Origin: an uncultured Gemmatimonadales bacterium
GTDB taxonomy: Bacteria; Gemmatimonadota; Gemmatimonadetes; Longimicrobiales; Gaopeijiaceae
Direction of reading: 5' to 3'
Assembly (NCBI GenBank): GCA_963809895.1
Contig: CAWELD010000003.1
Coordinates: 512,001-576,000, forward strand
Length of the DNA: 64,000 bases
The notes under the pieces are model-generated. The model was not told where the DNA came from. It made no database searches and saw nothing but the letters and a program-made list of their open reading frames with translations. This document shows, one piece after another, positions 60,206 through 64,000 of the stretch. A program made the translations under genes and the position numbers. The first letter of the stretch is position 1. Each line of letters starts with the position of its first letter.

Positions 60206-62624
60206 CAGTCCCCCCGTCCTCTGGGGTGGCACGCAAAGCATGCGGACGTCTCGTAGGTGTAGCCCGACACTTCGCTGTGGTCACGGTCGGTGTTGGAGCG
60301 CGTGTGGCAGGTCGTGCACGAGAAGCTCCCGAAGTCGCCGGGCACGGTGTGACAATCCGCGCACTGATTCCACCTGCCCTGATGGGATCCAGAGTAGATC
60401 GGGAAGAACTGGGCGTCGTGATCGAAGGACGTCGCACTCCAGGTGTCCACGTTGTGGCAGGACAGGCAGGTAGTGGGGAAGCCGTCCGTGGCGTGCTCGC
60501 CGTCGTAGTCGCTCTGATGGCAGGCCACGCAGTCGTCCTGGGTGGCGGGGTCGGGGAAGAGCAGCGTGTAGCCGGGCACGGCGTGGCAGTCGGTGCAGGC
60601 GGCGGAGGCGTGGCTGCCCACGAGCTGGAAGCCACCGGAGAGCGCGACGTGGTCGACCTGGGCGCCGTCCCAGCCGGTCTGGGTGTGGCAGGACAGACAG
60701 GTCGTAGGGAAGCCCGAGCCGGCGTGCTCGCCGTCGTAGTCGGCCTGATGGCAGGCCACGCAGTCGTCCTGGGTGGCGGGGTCGGGGAAGAGCAGCGTGT
60801 AGCCGGGTACGGCGTGGCAGTCGGTGCAGGCGGCGGAGGCGTGGCTGCCCACGAGCTGGAAGCCTCCGGAGAGCGCGGCGTGGTCGACCTGGGCGCCGTC
60901 CCAGCCGGTCTGGGTGTGGCAGGACAGGCAGGTAGTGGGGAAGCCGGCCGTGGCGTGCTCGCCGTCGTAGTCGGCCTGATGGCAGGCCACGCAGTCGTCC
61001 TGGGTGGCGGGGTCGGGGAAGACGCAGCGTGTAGCCGGGCACGGCGTGGCAGCCGGGCAGGCGGCTGAGGTGGGCGCCGAGGAGCGGGAAGTCCGGAGGC
61101 GGCGTGATCGAACTCGGCGTCGTCCCAGCGGTCGACGGTGTGACAGGTGAGGCAGGTGGTAGGGAAGCCCGAGCCGGCGTGCTCACCGTCGTAGTCGGCC
61201 TGGTGGCAGGCCACGCAGTCGTCCTGGGTGGCCGGGTCGGGGAAACGCAGCCCCCCGCCCTCGAGGTGACAGGCCGAGCAGTCCTGACTCTGGTGGGCGC
61301 CGAGGAGGGCGAATCCGGTGGTGGCGTGATCGAAGTCGGCGTCGTCCCAGCGGTCGACGGTGTGACAGGTGAGGCAGGTGGTGGGGAAGCCCGAGCCGGC
61401 GTGCTCACCGTCGTAGTCGGCCTGGTGGCAGGCCACGCAGTCGTCCTGGGTGGCGGGGTCGGGGAAACGCAGCCCCCCGCCCTCGAGGTGACAGGCCGAG
61501 CAGTCCTGACTCTGGTGGGCGCCGAGGAGGGCGAATCCGGTGGTGGCGTGATCGAAGTCGGCGTCGTCCCAGCGGTCGACGGTGTGACAGGTGAGGCAGG
61601 TGGTGGGGAAGCCCGAGCCGGCGTGCTCACCGTCGTAGTCGGCCTGGTGGCAGGCCACGCAGTCGTCCTGGGTGGCGGGGTCGGGGAAACGCAGCCCCCC
61701 GCCCTCGAGGTGACAGGCCGAGCAGTCCTGACTCTGGTGGGCGCCGAGGAGGGCGAATCCGGTGATGGCGTGGTCGAAGTCGGGATCCGACCAGGTGTTC
61801 TGCGTGTGGCAGGAGAGGCAGGTGGTGGGGAATCCCGAGCCACCGTGCTCGCGGTCGTAGTCGGCCTGGTGACAGGACGTGCAATCCTCAGGTCCTGCCG
61901 GCGAGAACAGGGTCGCCATGCCGGGGGTCTGGTGGCAGCTCGCGCAGCGCAGTCCCTGGTGGGCTCCCAGGAGGGGGTACCCTCCGCTCGCTCCGAGGTG
62001 ATCGAAGGCGGGTGCGTCGCTCCATCCGACGGTACCGTGACACTGCGTACAATCCATGGGATAGCCCGCAGCCACGTGGTCCAGGGTCTGGGCGCTACGA
62101 TAGGCCGATGCGTGGCATGAGGCGCAGTCGGTGGGGAGGGCCGTGAAGGCCCCTCCGGAGTCGTCGGTGTGGCAGCTCGCGCACGTCACCTGCAGGTGCG
62201 CGCCGGTGAGGGGGAACGACGTGCGGGCGTGCACGGCTTCGCCATCGACATCGTGGAAGGAGTCCGTGCTGTGACAGACTGTGCACTCCTGCACCATGCG
62301 CCCGTCATGTGGGTCTTCGTGGCAGCTGGTGCAGTCGTCCATGTCCACCTGCGGCGCGGCGAAGCGGAGGTCCGTGTGGCAGGTGCTGCATTCCAGCGCG
62401 CCGTGGGTTCCGGTCAGCGGCGTCGGGTGCGTGAAGCGGAGCGTGTCTCGAAGCGGGGTCCACGCCGAGGACGTATGGCAGGCCGCGCAATCCAATCCCT
62501 CAGGGAGCGCGCCATGCGGATTGGTGGACGAGGGACGCTGGCCGAGCGTGGCCGCCGGAAGGCTGGCGGAGGCGAGCAGGGCGAGGGTCAGCGGACGAAG
62601 CACGGACCGGACGAGGGAGCTCAC
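60205..62624 (-). CDS. Large multiheme cytochrome c (30 intact CxxCH plus one disrupted), frameshifted near 61020-61100
   Basis: Signal peptide; 19 CxxCH before and 11 after the frameshifted junction. Confidence 0.92.
60455..61050 (-). repeat. Intragenic tandem repeat B, 231-bp unit (77 aa, 3 hemes), about 2.5 copies
   Basis: cagtcgtcctgggtggcggg recurs at 60530, 60761 and 60992. Confidence 0.9.
61105..61770 (-). repeat. Intragenic tandem repeat A, 222-bp unit (74 aa, 3 hemes), 3 near-identical copies
   Basis: cgtcccagcggtcgacggtg recurs at 61121, 61343 and 61565. Confidence 0.92.
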
Positions 62625-64000
62625 GCGGCACCTCCGTGGCAGTCCGTGCACGAATGACCCAGCGGGCGATAGCGCGTGATGCTTACGCCCCCGGGACCCG
62701 GCTCGGACCGATGGCAGGCGACACACGCCAGCTCCTGATGCACACCCTCCAGGTCGAATCCCGTGACGCGATGATCGAAGTCGGGAATGGCAAAGCTCGT
62801 CTGCTCGTGGCAGGAGTCGCAGCGCCGCCCGTCGAACTGATCGCCGTGGGGATTGTCACCCGCGTGGCAGCTGAGGCAGCTGCTCAGCCCCGACCTGCAT
62901 GACGAAGCGCGTCCCTTCCCGTCGGTGGCACTCGCCGCAGGCGACCGTCAGGTGGGCGCCTTCGAGCTGGAAAGCGTTGTCCGCGTTGTGGCGGCCGATG
63001 TCGTACTGCGCCGGGAGCCATCGATCCTGTCCGTGACAGTCCGTGCACGCGTCGGTGCCGTCGGTGCCCGCCAGGACGCCCTGGTGCTCGTCCTCGTGGC
63101 AGCTGGTGCAGCGCTCGCTCTCCGGCGCGGGGAACGTCCGCGAGGCGGTACCGTCGACGTAGCGGACATGAAGGCCCGGAAGGCCCGCGGCCGTTTCTCG
63201 GTCGTGACACGAGGCGCATGGTGTTTCCGCGTGTCGACCCTGGAGCACGAAACCGGTCGACGCGTGATCGAAGCGGCCCTCGACCCTCGATCGGTTCACC
63301 GGCAACCAGCCGGCGGTGCTGTGGCAGGTGGTACACGCCCCTTGCATGGCCCCGTCGTGCCGATCCTGGTGGCAAGCGGTGCACGTGCCGAACGAGAGAG
63401 GTCGAAAACGCACCGAGACGGGCTCACTCGGCGGGTCCGGGCTCGTGGCAGGAAGAGCAGTCCAGCGCCCGGTGCCGCCCCGTGAGCCGATAGCGCGCGC
63501 GATCGTGGTCGAACCCCGGTGCATCTTCCCAGCTGCCGGTGTCGTGGCATGCGGTGCAGGCCCGGTCGGAGAACTCACCGGCGTGCGGGTCATCGTCCTC
63601 GTGACACGCGGCGCACGTGTTCGGGAGCCCCAGGAACGTCCGGGCCAGCGCCGTGGGGTCCGGCCTGAAGCGGCGCACCGCCGCATCGACGATGCGCTCG
63701 GGGGCGTGACAGTCTCCGCATTCGAGCTCGACATGGCCGCCGTCGAGGGCGAAGCCCGCGTCTTCGTGTGGGAAGCTCGCCGTGTCCAGGCGCACCAGGG
63801 CGAAATCACGCCCGAAGTGCTCCTTGTGACAGGTCGCACAGTCCTCTTCGTTCAGCGAGGCGTGATAGCCTTCTCCACGATCCAGCCGCTGGCGGAGAGG
63901 CTCGTGGCACTCCAGGCACAGGGCGGGGGAGATGCCGGGCTTGCGGAGCTCGTGGCAGGACGTGCACTTCCGCAACCCCTCCAGCTGGGCGTGGGGCGCG
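62621..64000 (-). CDS. Multiheme cytochrome c (>=17 CxxCH), 5'-partial, with two frameshifts (~63435 and ~62890)
   Basis: 7+6+4 CxxCH in three successive frames; the last frame reads CLSCH..CDSCH..CVACH..CTDCHGGAA* and its stop overlaps the next start (GTGA). Confidence 0.9.

Noticed and set aside
57291..62726. 1811-aa ORF suggesting a cytochrome-flavoprotein fusion
   Set aside because: After ~61100 the frame reads off-frame low-complexity sequence through the cytochrome tail and the porin gene; the flavoprotein has its own coupled ATG at 58604

Overview
High-GC bacterial chromosome segment. Gene order and protein style suggest Gemmatimonadota (inference, not checked). Positions 1-27.7 kb are a co-directional housekeeping block: rimP-nusA-ylxQ-infB-DUF503-rbfA-truB-ribF-rpsO-pnp, M16 peptidase, ald, dut, mreBCD-mrdA-rodA, accD-folC-hisS-proS-lysA-guaA. 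A ~530-bp spacer after guaA holds two families of palindromic repeats. The middle region encodes a Rid protein, a putative outer-membrane protein, an RlmI-like methyltransferase, an OPT transporter, M14 and M48 peptidases, a degenerate-GGDEF/REC/HD-GYP protein, clpB, mce, trxA and rsmI. These are followed by a DUF4159/DUF4175-like/TPR/GATase-like operon ending in a JAB-DinG fusion. The most notable system is a minus-strand, translationally coupled operon at 55.1-64 kb: a >=17-heme cytochrome c, a ~31-heme cytochrome c built from tandem 3-heme repeats, a predicted outer-membrane beta-barrel, a membrane-anchored Fe-S/FAD oxidoreductase that appears circularly permuted relative to TrxB, a beta-propeller and a lipoprotein nucleoside hydrolase. 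It looks like a porin-cytochrome extracellular electron transfer module. Both cytochrome genes carry frameshifts that may be sequencing or assembly errors. No tRNA, rRNA, CRISPR array or transposase/integrase was recognised. All calls come from reading the sequence by eye; no searches were run.
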